DNA of 63,994 bases, counting the filler, from Choristocarpus tenellus KU-1152 (Eukaryota > Protista > Phaeophyceae), in NCBI GenBank assembly GCA_964200185.2. It is 9 parts of 9 records of this genome, joined end to end, with 100 filler letters (N's around TTAATTAATTAA, not from the genome) between each part and the next. Parts side by side here need not be neighbours in the genome. Positions count along the whole stretch, not along the records: positions 33,449 to 39,602 come from CAXNAD020008811.1; positions 39,703 to 48,079 come from CAXNAD020004791.1; positions 48,180 to 52,639 come from CAXNAD020014446.1; 6 more parts are not named here. The stretch is one strand, 5' to 3'. This document shows positions 38,459-50,102 of the stretch, piece by piece (positions within the stretch are counted from its first letter, which is position 1; every line of letters starts with the position of its first letter). Under the pieces are notes generated by a model. The model was not told the DNA's origin, ran no database searches, and saw only the letters and a list, made by a program, of their open reading frames with translations. Both the position numbers and the translations under genes were made by a program.

Positions 38459-39863
38459 ATCTACAATCCACAAAATATCTCGTTGGTACCCTTGTGTCCT
38501 AAGGAGTGAAGGAAAGGGCTGAGGGAGGGATAGACTCCCACTGGGTGCTGCAATGATACGATTGGGATGGAATGCAATAGCTTGGGTGTGGTGTGTCGCT
38601 TGTGGAGGAGCTGCTGCGGCTGCTGGAGCAGAGAATGCCCCTGGAACGACGGGGGTGTTGGAGGCAGCAGTGGGGGGTCTTAGGACGCTGGTGTTGGCAG
38701 AGGGACCATTGGTGCGATCTACGCATTCGATGTTCCTCGATGGTTTGAAGGTGAGATTGCTAATATATTCGAGGATTTGTCGAGGATGGTCTTGAAGCCC
38801 AAGAGTGGGCCGAGATTCTCGGAAGGGTGAGGTGGTTTGAAAATGTTGGATACATTAGATAGGTTGGCAAGTCAGTCACTGGCTCATGGTCTTATTCTTG
38901 ATGGTGAATATGGGGTTGTGCTGAAAAGGATGGTAGGGTGTTCTTTTCATTGGCAGCCTCTCATTTTGATCAAAAGTCTGTATCGTGTTTGGAAAGATTT
39001 TAGTCGATTGGTCAAGCACCACTCATCTCTTACTGGAGGAGCTCTCCCTCTTCTGGAGCCCTTCTTTTCTCGTACTTTTTGAGGAATCTCTTTTGGGTGA
39101 CAAAGAATAGTTAGCAATCCTTACGTGAAGGTCGACTCCTATGGTCCCAGAGTGGTGGCCTTCCTCCGTCAACCTTTTTGTTCCTTCTACAGCGTGGATG
39201 TCGGAGGAAAAGGGGGAGGTGTGTGTGATCGTGCCCGTCAAGTACTTGCATTATCTATTGTACCATTGACTATCACTAGGTTCGGGATAAATAAACGTGG
39301 TTGGCAAACGTAGTATCCTTGCACCCATTTACCATTCCTCCGTCTCTTTCACTGTAGTAATCTTGTAATACAAATGAATCGACGAAGCCATCAGCACCCA
39401 TTCCATATACTCAAACCTAAAATGGTGGGAGCTGGTGTCAACCTTGCCCATCTTAACCCAATTCTTTACAGTCACGAGGTCACAAGCTTTCTTTTGGATT
39501 CTCCAGCTCAGGAGAAAAGGTTGAGCTGAGTCGCTATGGGGAGTTTCACTATGACAACCTTATCATCTTTGCAACTATGCTGGGGGGGGGGGGGGCGGGG
39601 GGNNNNNNNNNNNNNNNNNNNNNNNNNNNNNNNNNNNNNNNNNNNNTTAATTAATTAANNNNNNNNNNNNNNNNNNNNNNNNNNNNNNNNNNNNNNNNNN
39701 NNCTACAGCAGTTTGAGGGGAACCTGAGCGGGAGCAAGGGAGAGATAAAGGGGAGGGGGGCGAGAGAGATTTGCAAGGGCAAAGCCAGGAGCAGGAAGGG
39801 GGGAAGAAGTCGGGATGGTACACAGGTCGATGTGGACAAAGAGGATGAAGAGGTGAGATTAAC

Positions 39864-39929
39864 CGTTCTTCTTTGCATGCAACCCTGCAAGTGATTGCGA
39901 GGTCTGTGCCATCCCTGAACAGCTCTTTG
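39864..39929 (-). CDS. Putative isolated exon (KELFRDGTDLAITCRVACKEER)
   Basis: tttcag acceptor, gttaat donor, 66 nt, open, symmetric phase. Confidence 0.35.
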
Positions 39930-40489
39930 CTGAAATGCAATTCACAGCCTAATTGCTAGTTCTATCACTTTAATTTCATGTGCCCCTGCTACCGCCACAA
40001 GTTCTCCATGCCCCTCAGGGATGCACTATACATTGCCCAAATATCTCACCCATAATATGCAGGGAGAGGTAAGACAATATTCTACAAAGTTAATTTTCAT
40101 AATACAAAATATATGGTTATAATCTTGATTTAGGCTGGACTAGCCTGGCCCATGCTCAGAAAGGCCACAGCTGCATCATCTAACCGTACCACAACTACTT
40201 GCACCACCTTATTGTGTACCTTGCTTCTAACGAGTTGGGCTCAGCCATCCCACACACAGCTCATCGACCATCCCCCCTTCTATCAAAATCTGGTGCCTTA
40301 CACCTACCCGGCAATGTCACTATGTTTGCAGTAGAGCTAAAATGCCTCATTTTCTACAATCTGCAAGTATCCACCCGGTCCTTTACTGGGGTACAATCCA
40401 TGGTGCTTGACATTGGACCACCAAAACGGGGTTTCTAAGAACCTCATCTCAAAGAGCGTTCAAACTTGGCCAAGATTTTGCATAGGAGT

Positions 40490-40667
40490 GGCTCAAAGTA
40501 TCTGGGGGGGGGGGGGTGGCGGCTGTCCATTTGGGGTCAATTTTTTCATGTCGCGATTTTTGGGTAATTTGGTTGCATATGTCGGATGGATATTACATAC
40601 TTTTCCTGATTTTGACCCAAATGGACACCCTGGTGTAGACCACTCCCACCCCCAGATACTTTGGGTC
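40490..40667. mobile_element. MITE family A, full-length copy (178 bp)
   Basis: TIRs GGCTCAAAGTATCTGGGGG / CCCCCAGATACTTTGGGTC; flanked by AGT on both sides (3-bp TSD). Confidence 0.92.
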
Positions 40668-43600
40668 AGTGCTAACTTTTAATCACTAGGCCACAGTGGA
40701 AGACTCATGGACTTAAATGCAAGCAGTTGGAATTACAGAGTGGATGAATCTAACCTTTTTAACTTTGAAGGGAGTGATGACTCTGTGTCTACTGCTAATA
40801 GCTAGAGTGCATGCCTAACCCTAGCTGTAACCTGCAAAAAAATAAAATAAACCCCATATTATCATCACATTGCAATAAATGGTGGCTTGACATCTTTGAC
40901 ATGTAGGTCCCCACTTTCTCGTGCACTCCTGATATTCGTTTTATATTGCAAGCTTGTCACTCTGACCAATTTCACAGCGGCAATATGTTTGTGGGGAATA
41001 ACTCCAGATTTGGAAAATGTGTGAGCACACTTGCTCTTCTTGAAGCAGGGTCGAGCAGGATACATACTTCGCTACCAAGTTATGTGGACTATTGTACCCT
41101 GAGACTAAGTACTTCCTCGTTGTGTGACCATTTTCTACTATGAAGTGATACCATAGGGTATATTCTCAAGAAAAAGTGTTGCCGGTGTCTTCTCAGAGAA
41201 AAATCTCTTCAATTGTTTTGAGCTAATGGCCAGCAGAGTTTGACTTTCTCCATCTGATTGCTAGACACCTTCTGTCGTGCTGTTTACCTCTAATAATACC
41301 TTTGGATATTCCACCTCAGGTGATATGTTTTGGCTAGCCTACTAGAGTACAGAACATTGTCCCTGGTAGTCACTTTTCTTTAAACATGCCGGTATGGTGT
41401 TCCTTGTTTGAGCGTGGATTTGAATAACTGCAATACAACCACCTAGCAGAGCAACTACATCAACCTACATGGGTCAAAAAAAAAAATAATCAACTTTCCC
41501 GATCAGATGAATGGAACCTTCACACACATCTATGTAGACGTATTGCTGCTATTAGATTAGAGATTAAGCTCATAGTATATGGGTCATATGTCCTGCTGAA
41601 TTTGAAAAAAGCTGCACACCTTTTCTGTTAGGAGAAATAGCAACTGCTCCTTAGCTTCATGGCAACTATTACCACCACTGGTTGTGAGTAACAACATATC
41701 CTGGGCATCAACAGTCCCCCACCCCAAAAATAGATTAGGTCACAATGCTCTAGTCCTTTGCCACCTCTGCCACCTCTGTCAGGCTTCCCCTCAATCAAAA
41801 GGAATACTCAAGAGTCTCCTATTCTTTGCCTTCCAGTTGTCCCCCTATATGATGACCTTGCCAAGACCCATGTCTGTTGTCACGGAGAGGACGAACATGC
41901 CTACTGGTAGAAGACATAGGAAATACCAGGACTTGGGGAGTAGCAGGTCATGGACAAATGGTGCATCGAAAGGATCGAGACACAACCGAGCTACAGACCA
42001 CTGGGCAGAGGGAACACCTGTTCGCACTAGCAACAACACAAGGTCTGCTGGAATAATCCTTGTTCATTTCCACCCTGCACAAGCATATGAATGCGCCCAT
42101 CAATTATGCCTAGAAAAATGGGAGAGACTGACAACCTGTGTTGCATTGTCCAGGTTAGTAGGTGTGAAGCATGGTCTATTCCCCCACTCAGTGATACCCT
42201 AACCCTAACCCTATCTGAATGGGGATGGAATCTCAAGGCTTAGGTCACCAACCACATTGATGAAGAATTAGTTGCAACATGAGGATCTACAAGATGTCAC
42301 TCTGTACCATAATAACATTCTCCACAATTACGTCTTGAACGCTCTCCGTTCCTTTCTGCCGCGCTTGAAAACTAGGATATCTACTCCAGGAAGCCAATAT
42401 CTTAAAACGTTCCGATTGCTAGGAAGAAATATTCGGCAGGGTGCATCGACGGACAGCACAGCGGTGCCTGCATTGATCCCAATTCCTGCAGGTTTTGCGT
42501 CGGGCAAGGTTTGTTTACGACCCTTCCCTCTGATGCCTCTGTGGATGTGGATTGCCCTGCATCAGCTTCTTCAGGTTGACGCAACCATACAAACGAAGAC
42601 TTTTGTAGCTATTGCTAGACTTGGAGCTGTGGATGTTGTACCTGTCATCATACAGCCCCACAAACCTACTCATTGGGTCCTACCTAGCCACTTGGCATTC
42701 TGTGAACAGAATGAGAGTGGAGATGGATTTGGTTGTGCTTTGTGAGGCATGGACTATGCACAATCGAACAGTGGATCAGTAATTGGGTTAGGGAAGAGAA
42801 ATGGACAGAATCTGTATGTGACCATGCAGGGCACAGGTAAGGGCTATGTACCCATGATAAATGGATGAGTTTTTTGTTTGTCTTATCTTCACCGTCCTGT
42901 GCTACTTGGTATGTTCCATACTCACCTTTACTCTTCACAGTTTTTTGAGTAAATCGTTGAGTTGTTGCAGATTCTTGGATAAATTGAATGGGTGATAAAA
43001 AAAAAAGTTACCTATTTTCTACTAATACTAACACTAACCCCATCCCCCCCAAAATGGGCACAGTTGAACCAATTTGTCCTAAAACCTTGAGGCTTAGTGC
43101 TCAAGGAACATACCCAGCAGGGTTACCGTACACCACCTCGTTTTTCTGTGGTCTAATTTGTTGTCAATGCCAACCAAGGCGGACATGTAAATGCTGGGAG
43201 TTGCCCTGAACGCATTCAGAAAATTGCGCGCTCTCACGCATTTGATGCTCTGCTTTGCTCTACTACCCCTTGCATTTAAAGTGCCAAGTACTAATGTACT
43301 TTAGGAGTACTCCATACTACTCGAGAGACTGTATTGGCGTACAAATACCAAAACTATGGACTCATACTTGGTGTCCGTGTAAGTGCACAGGTGTTCGTAG
43401 AGGTGAAGGCCCATACTCTCAAAGCTTGGCACAGGGTGCTTGGATGGAAACTCTTTGGGGTAATTGTAGGTGTGGAACGTATACTGCTTTCACAAACTGT
43501 ATGAGTATTGCGAAAGGGTTGGTGCTTTCTGGAGGGGGGTACTGTTTGGAGAGCATCAGATTTAAAAAGTGAACACCTTTGCCTCTATAGAATGCAAGTG

Positions 43601-44036
43601 GTGTAGCTGCCAGTCTTCTTACCTGAAAGGGTGGATTTTGAGTCAATCGATACAGCCCATGTCCTTTGGTTCGATGTACTCACAGTGATTGGAGTCATCC
43701 CTTCGGCCTTCCCCTTAACTATAGCATGTGTCAAGAGATGTTAGTTGTTTGGTGAAGAAAGACGCAGGGATTATCAAAAATTTCTGAGCACACAAAAAAT
43801 AGCACAAGTCCAATCAATTACACAAAATACTGTAGCACCCTCCCATACAATGGGAAGACCAATGATCTCTCTCTCACCTACCCCCTCCTCCTTCCCTGGG
43901 GACATGCCACTCCAACTACTATTGTGACTATTTTGTAAACTTGCGTAGGTGTCACAGCATGAGGAGGTATCATTCATGGCAGGGAAGATAATGGAGGGAA
44001 TAAGGGCAAAAGGAAGAGATGCCATTACTGGAAGGT

Positions 44037-44293
44037 GAGTCAAAGTATTTTAGAGGGTAGAGCCGGGTCCATTTGGGACCCAAAATCCAATGTTGCGATT
44101 TTGATGTAATTTTGGCTATCATGTCTGTTAGGAAGTGTCCATATCCTTGTTCTGGACACACATTTTCATAACATACGTATTTTCCTACGCCGAAACATTT
44201 CAGAGTAGGAAAATGTCATAAAAAAACTGTGGGAAGCAAAGCCCCAAACTGACAAACAGGACAAAACTCGTACCCTCTAAGATACTCTCACTC
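44037..44293. mobile_element. MITE family B, full-length copy (257 bp)
   Basis: TIRs GAGTCAAAGTATTTTAGAGGGTA / TACCCTCTAAGATACTCTCACTC; flanked by AGGT on both sides; colinear with 46690-46948. Confidence 0.85.
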
Positions 44294-46507
44294 AGGTAAT
44301 ACATTTTTTTTATACCTATGTTATTCCAGTCCAAACGGAACCAAACGGAAATTCTAAGGTACTACCGAAGTATGACTAATCCTTGAAAATATCGTATCTT
44401 CCGAAACACATTGTGAACATCACCAGCACTTCTCATGCCATGTTGAACATCACAGCATCTACAAAGTGTTTCGAGCCTCCACCCAAAGGGGGGGAGACAC
44501 GTCACTGCTTGAAACAGTGGAATGATCCAAACATTTGTTGCTTCTCAGTTTTTTGTAGTTCTTACTTCACAAACTGACAGCACAAGCAATAGTAATGATC
44601 TGCCACAGTCATGCACATCCACTAGAGAGCTAGTATCCAATCTGTGACAACTCGTGTCCCACTATTTTCTACTCTATAACTCCATTCTGAGAGGAACAAC
44701 CCTGCCTGTGCTGATTGTTGCCCAGGGTTCACAAGGCAGTTGTCCCTCTCTGGCACCGTGCTACTGACAAAGTTGACGCAGCAGACAGAGCAAACACTAC
44801 ACACTCAGACCTCGTTAACCACAGCCATGCTGTCCTCCCGGATGACTGGGGTAAGGGCTCAATAAAAAGGAGAAACTGCAGGAAGAAAAGGGGGCAAAGA
44901 GTGCGGGCAAGCGAGGCCAACGTTCAAGACCCATATTGTTGAGGGCATGCCTAGACTCTAAACAGTACGCAATAGATGAGGAAAGGCAGCAACGCCTGCA
45001 ATTGTAGAGCGCCCACATAAAGTTCGGGACACACAAACTATATGATAATAGTGCCTAATAGTACCACCAAACTATTCAGGAGGATTATTGTTTAGACTAT
45101 GATACAATAAACAAAAGTTAAGCGAGACGGATCATATATCAGCCCCAACAAGCGATTTTTTCCCTAAAATATCGTTCACAACAATGGCTCATTTGTTACC
45201 AGTTGTGTGGGCAGAGTCGATTCTATGCCACCACATGTAAGCCCACATAAAGGGACAGTTCATCACCACCAAAGCTATCTAGCCACTCTTGGGCCACTGC
45301 CTAAATTGTTCTTCTCTCCTATTAGCTCCTGTCCATACAAGCACCTTGCTGAAGCATATTGACTCATAGCAAACACTCAAGGGAAAATATGGCAAGAGTG
45401 TACTGCTCAAAATAAACCCCTTGCTACGCTCTTGGCAAAGCATGTGCACGTAGCATGCTCACTTGGGCTGCCCTGCTGCCTACTTCCCAGCCCATCCTAC
45501 CAAAAATATTAGTTACCATACATCCCACATGCAGTCATTTCTACAAATCTGCTATCCAACACTTTGTGCCACTACCTCCATGTTGTCACCTGTGCCAACC
45601 AAGTTGGGACTATGAACCCTCTCAGGAGGACTAGCCTATTTCTATAGCTGCCACTAGGAATCTTCTTTTACACCCACAAGTAGGCCAGTAGCAGAGGATT
45701 TACTTACAAAGCTTCACCACCCTAACCTCTGCTGCTTCACTGCGCACAGGGTGCTCTCCAGTTTCAGTGCATCCAGGATGTAGTTCATCACAGATCAGTC
45801 ATGTTGTCATCAAGTGCGACAAAAATATGTCGTTATGGAAATCGTCGGAACTCCCTATAGCATACTCTTTTTCGCGTTTTCCCATCCCTATCTTAACATC
45901 CCTGCAATCTATCTGCATATCTCTCAATGTACACATGGTCATACTTTGTCACCTATTATTCCATCCACTTCATAGCCAACTCCAAAAGAAAGCATTCCAC
46001 CAGGGGTTTTCTGTTTAATGCCTGTCCTCTGTGGAGGACCAACATACCCATATCTCTTCCGAGTGATGTCAGTTTTTGAACAATATCCGAGCATTCGCTA
46101 AGAAAGACAGCCCACAACACCCTATCGAGCAAACTAACAAACTACATGTCACAATAATACTACACCCCCTAACTCACCACCGCTCCCCTCCCCTTTGCCC
46201 TGATACCCCTCCACAGCCTCTGTTATTTGGACGCTTCCTAGTTGACGAAGTATGTACTCTGTCGGGCGTACCATGTCAAACCCTCATACTAGTATTAAGA
46301 AGAAATCTTGGCATAGACATGATAATAACAATGAAGGATTCAAACCATGTTGACAACACTATTCTTTGGTATTGTTGTAACTACGTAACTTGTTTTCCCT
46401 ACCCTCTTTCAGTATGTAATAGTCACTTCTGTACTATTGCACTACAGTTTACGCCCTTTGAGTTGTGTGTGGCTGGTTGGGGCATTGTATTTTTATGGGC
46501 AGCATTA

Positions 46508-46681
46508 GGCCCAAAGTATCTGGGGGGGGGGGGTCTACACCAGGGTGTTCATTTGACCCAAAATCAGGAAAAGTGCGTTTACACTATCATCCGACATATG
46601 CAACCAAATCACCCAAACTCGCGACAAGAAAAAATTGATCCCAAAAGGACAGCCGCCACACCCTCCCATATACTTTGAGCC
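46508..46681. mobile_element. MITE family A, full-length copy, orientation opposite to 40490
   Basis: GGCCCAAAGTATCTGGGGG ... CCCATATACTTTGAGCC. Confidence 0.9.
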
Positions 46682-46689
46682 ATGATACT

Positions 46690-46948
46690 GATCCGAAGTA
46701 TATTAGAGGATCCAGCGGCGTCCATTTGGGGGACTAAATCCAGTGTGGCCATTTTGATGTAATTTTGGCTATCATGTTTGTTAGGAAGTGTCAATATCCT
46801 TGTACCGGACACACCTTTTCATAAGGTATACATATTACCCACTCCGGAATATTTTTGGGTTAGGAAAATGTCATAAAAACCCTGAGGGAAGCCAAGCCCC
46901 AAATGGACAAACAGGGCAAAACTCGTACCCTCTAAGATACTTTCACTC
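46690..46948. mobile_element. MITE family B, second copy
   Basis: Aligns end to end with 44037-44293; flanked by ACT on both sides. Confidence 0.85.
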
Positions 46949-48019
46949 ACTGTACCATTAGGTTTAGGTTGCACATTTGATTTTGGGAGAATATCCAAGA
47001 AGACAAAATTAACCTGATGATGTGCTTCCTAACCTCACCGTCTTAGGGAAGAAGAGAGCGATATCAAATCTTCTTGATCACACATGGACTAATGGTATGG
47101 TCCCCTGTACTCCAACCACCTGGTCCCATCTTCGACTTCAACGAACATACGCATTCTCTCTCCATCCATTAATTTACCATATTTAGACGACCTGTCTGTG
47201 ATCTTGCAAAGGCCAACAGGAGACACTTTGGGGAAACAAAGCACGGAGTTGAGATCTTAGCATCGCATGATACGGCTATAGCTAGCTGTGGCGGGGAGGT
47301 TGGGTTTAGATGGTATTCAGTACTCACTATCTTGAAGATTTTGGGTTTGTTGTTGTCTCAGATTGTCCCAAGAGCAGCGTGAAGAATTTGTAATGTGTGT
47401 GGTTAACTAGGGGACTCCTAGTTGTGTTGTCCTAAAAATTGTATCCTGTACTTCTACCCCTTGTGACTCGTAAATACTAGATAAATTTGGCAGTTGTGTG
47501 GCTCGTCTCAAACTTACTCTCTCAACCCAGTAGCTCAAGGCTCGTCTTCTTCCCTTGCAACTAGCGAGGCAACTGTTGTAGTAGATTGGATCAAGTAGCA
47601 CCAACTACACCGCACTCTTTTTTTGCTCATGCTGCAGGCAATCCATGATATAGAATTAGATATTTCGTACAAAGATTATATGTGGTCATTACGTACCCAC
47701 CTACTCTACGGTCTGTCCAATTGTTGTATCGACGCCATTCAGAACACGAAATTAGTGAAGTAGACTGACGTAACAGCCAGTCTCGGGAGCTAATTTCTAC
47801 GTACTCCAAAAAGCTATAATTTCAGCAAGTGTGACAGATTATGGCATTAAAAAGTATTAAGGGCATGTTTTTGCATTTAGAGGTTTATATTATTATTATG
47901 CCCTCCGACATTTTGGAGATGTGTGAGGGGGGAAACAAATGAAAACTATACATATGTCAGTATAAGTCCTAAAGAGATAAAACATCATAAATGTGAAAAC
48001 ACTATAAAACACTATAAAT

Positions 48020-48079
48020 GACCTAAAGTATCTGGGGGGGGGGGGGGGGTATAAACCAGGGTGTCCTTATAACCCCAAA
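48020..48079. mobile_element. MITE family A terminus running into a gap. Similar stubs at 58161-58181 and 61360-61378
   Basis: GACCTAAAGTATCTGGGGG...TAAACCAGGGTGTCC. Confidence 0.8.
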
Positions 48080-49008
48080 NNNNNNNNNNNNNNNNNNNNN
48101 NNNNNNNNNNNNNNNNNNNNNNNTTAATTAATTAANNNNNNNNNNNNNNNNNNNNNNNNNNNNNNNNNNNNNNNNNNNNTTGTCTTATAGTATTCTTATG
48201 TTTAGGACATTTTATATACACATACGTATATAATTTTTATATATCATTTTGCAGATGTGTCATTGGAAAAACCAATGAAATATCAATAAAATACCAGAAC
48301 CCCTGAAAAAGTTACAGTTGCCCTAGATGTGAAAGATATTTTTCTATGAATTTAATATCAATACTTGATTATATGTTTTAGTGGGTACAAGATACGAGTA
48401 GAAGAGTGAAGGGAAAATAGAGAGGCATGGTCATGATGTGGTGGACCCGAGTGTGTCAAAACAATAATACTGTACCTGACCGACCATAGACAAGATATTC
48501 TATCACGGTCGAGTCCACGATGTTACTACTCAACATGACTGGGGTCACTGGCCGCCCATATACAACCAAGTTCGGACATAACCAAGTCCATGACCACCAA
48601 CCACTTCTATATCACCAAGCCTGCCACCCAGCCATTAATGTAGTGCATGACAAAGAAAATAAATAGATCGCATGTCATTCAACATGTGCCACAAAAACAT
48701 GGGGTGAACTAATGGCAATAGCGTCCATTCTGTGTGGCAGAAAATGTTGGGAGAGTGCTTGAGAAAGTGGAAAAAAACTAATACTCTGTCAATCGTTAGA
48801 TGTAGGAAAGTGTAGAAATTCTTATTGACGGGGCGATAAATTGGGAAGACGGTTAGTATGTTCTTGATTGTATATGGTACAGTGGTGCATTATATTCTGA
48901 AACTTTGTTTATGTGATATATAGATTCTTGTTCTGAATTGAGATTTGATGTTGCGTTATAATGTATGAGGAGATGATCGAAAAGGATTTTAAAAGCGCAT
49001 AATGAGTA

Positions 49009-49440
49009 CTCCACTGTCCCGTAAGTCTACTCAATCTTCATAATTTTTTGTAATCATGGCATATTTGGAAACGATTTGATGTTGCAATGGATTCCTCGAT
49101 ATATTTCTACCTAAATTAACTTTCCTCCTCGCTGTCTTCCACGTCACTCCATCATGCCTCCACTGCGCGATACACCTCCTCATCAATCTGCATATACTAT
49201 TTTTCATCCGCCCACTACTCTGCGGATTTTCAGCCTTCTCGTGTTCTATGTCGAAATCGTTGCCCCTGAAAGTCGCCAACTCCTGGTTACGGCACTTAAG
49301 TAGAATCTGCCACATTCACTACAGAGTCTCTGTGGGGTACTAGTCAAAAAGCGTCTTTACATCCACTACCATCTCCTCTATGGTATAGTAGTCCTCCCTT
49401 CAAGCTCGGCTTTTTTGCGAGTTACTTCGAAGTATTACTA
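49009..49440 (-). mobile_element. Decayed Tc1/mariner (plant-type, DD39D-like) transposase C-terminus with a probable element end
   Basis: One frame reads EDYYTIEEMVVDVKTLFD*YPTETL**MWQILLKCRNQELATFRGNDFDIEH, matching the TI.E....V...F..Y....L...(W/F)..L....N.....G.N.(Y/F).I.H tail of these transposases. TA|CTCCACTGTCCCGTAA at 49007 resembles the Stowaway/mariner terminus TA|CTCCCTCCGTCCC. Confidence 0.65.
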
Positions 49441-49928
49441 CGCTAGAAATGAAACTGTCTGATTATCACCCTTGTCATTCTTATAGGTGTTGGGATCGAT
49501 ATTGCTTCTCATCATTTACTTGCAATGAGTTGTGGTGAGAGCAGTTGCTGATAATAGTTAGTAGTGGTAGTACTTCCTATCAATATACCATTATCACCTA
49601 TGATGATAGTAGTACTAGTGGTGGTGTAAGCAACGATAGCTCCACCCACAGTAAGCAGTAGTGCTGGCATTTTTCGCTTGTGCAGTTGTGTCATCCTTGT
49701 GGCAGTTCCTGCCATCACCGTACTGGTGGTGGTAGCACGCCCATCATTAGATCAGCTACTCTCCTGTAAGGAGGATTCCCAATATTACATTTGCTGTAAG
49801 CAGGGTGTTGAACAACGCTATGCCATAATCATTGCCATCTTCCTACCAAACATAACCCTTACTGTTGCAGCTGGTTCCATGTCCTCAGGCGTTTTTTCGT
49901 AAATTGGTGGGCAGTGAACGCTGCATCA

Positions 49929-50102
49929 GACCTGAAGTATCTGGGGGTGGGGGCGGCTGTCCATTTGGAGCCCTTGTTTCCATATCGCAATTCTTAGGTG
50001 ATTTGGTTGCATGAGTCGGATGGATAATGTAAGTACACTTTTCCTGGTCGGGGCCCAAACGGACACCCGGGTATAGACCCCCCCCCCCAGATACTTTGAG
50101 CC
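49929..50102. mobile_element. MITE family A, full-length copy
   Basis: GACCTGAAGTATCTGGGG ... CCCCAGATACTTTGAGCC; flanked by TCA on both sides. Confidence 0.92.

Noticed and set aside
41684-42745. 172-aa and 157-aa ORFs (also 46076-46678 and 53246-53638) as genes
   Set aside because: No recognisable domain or splice chain, and 46076-46678 runs through a MITE. Possibly decayed TE sequence, but unsupported.
45799-45801. In-frame TGA as selenocysteine
   Set aside because: No redox-motif context or identifiable SECIS, and the exon itself is unproven.
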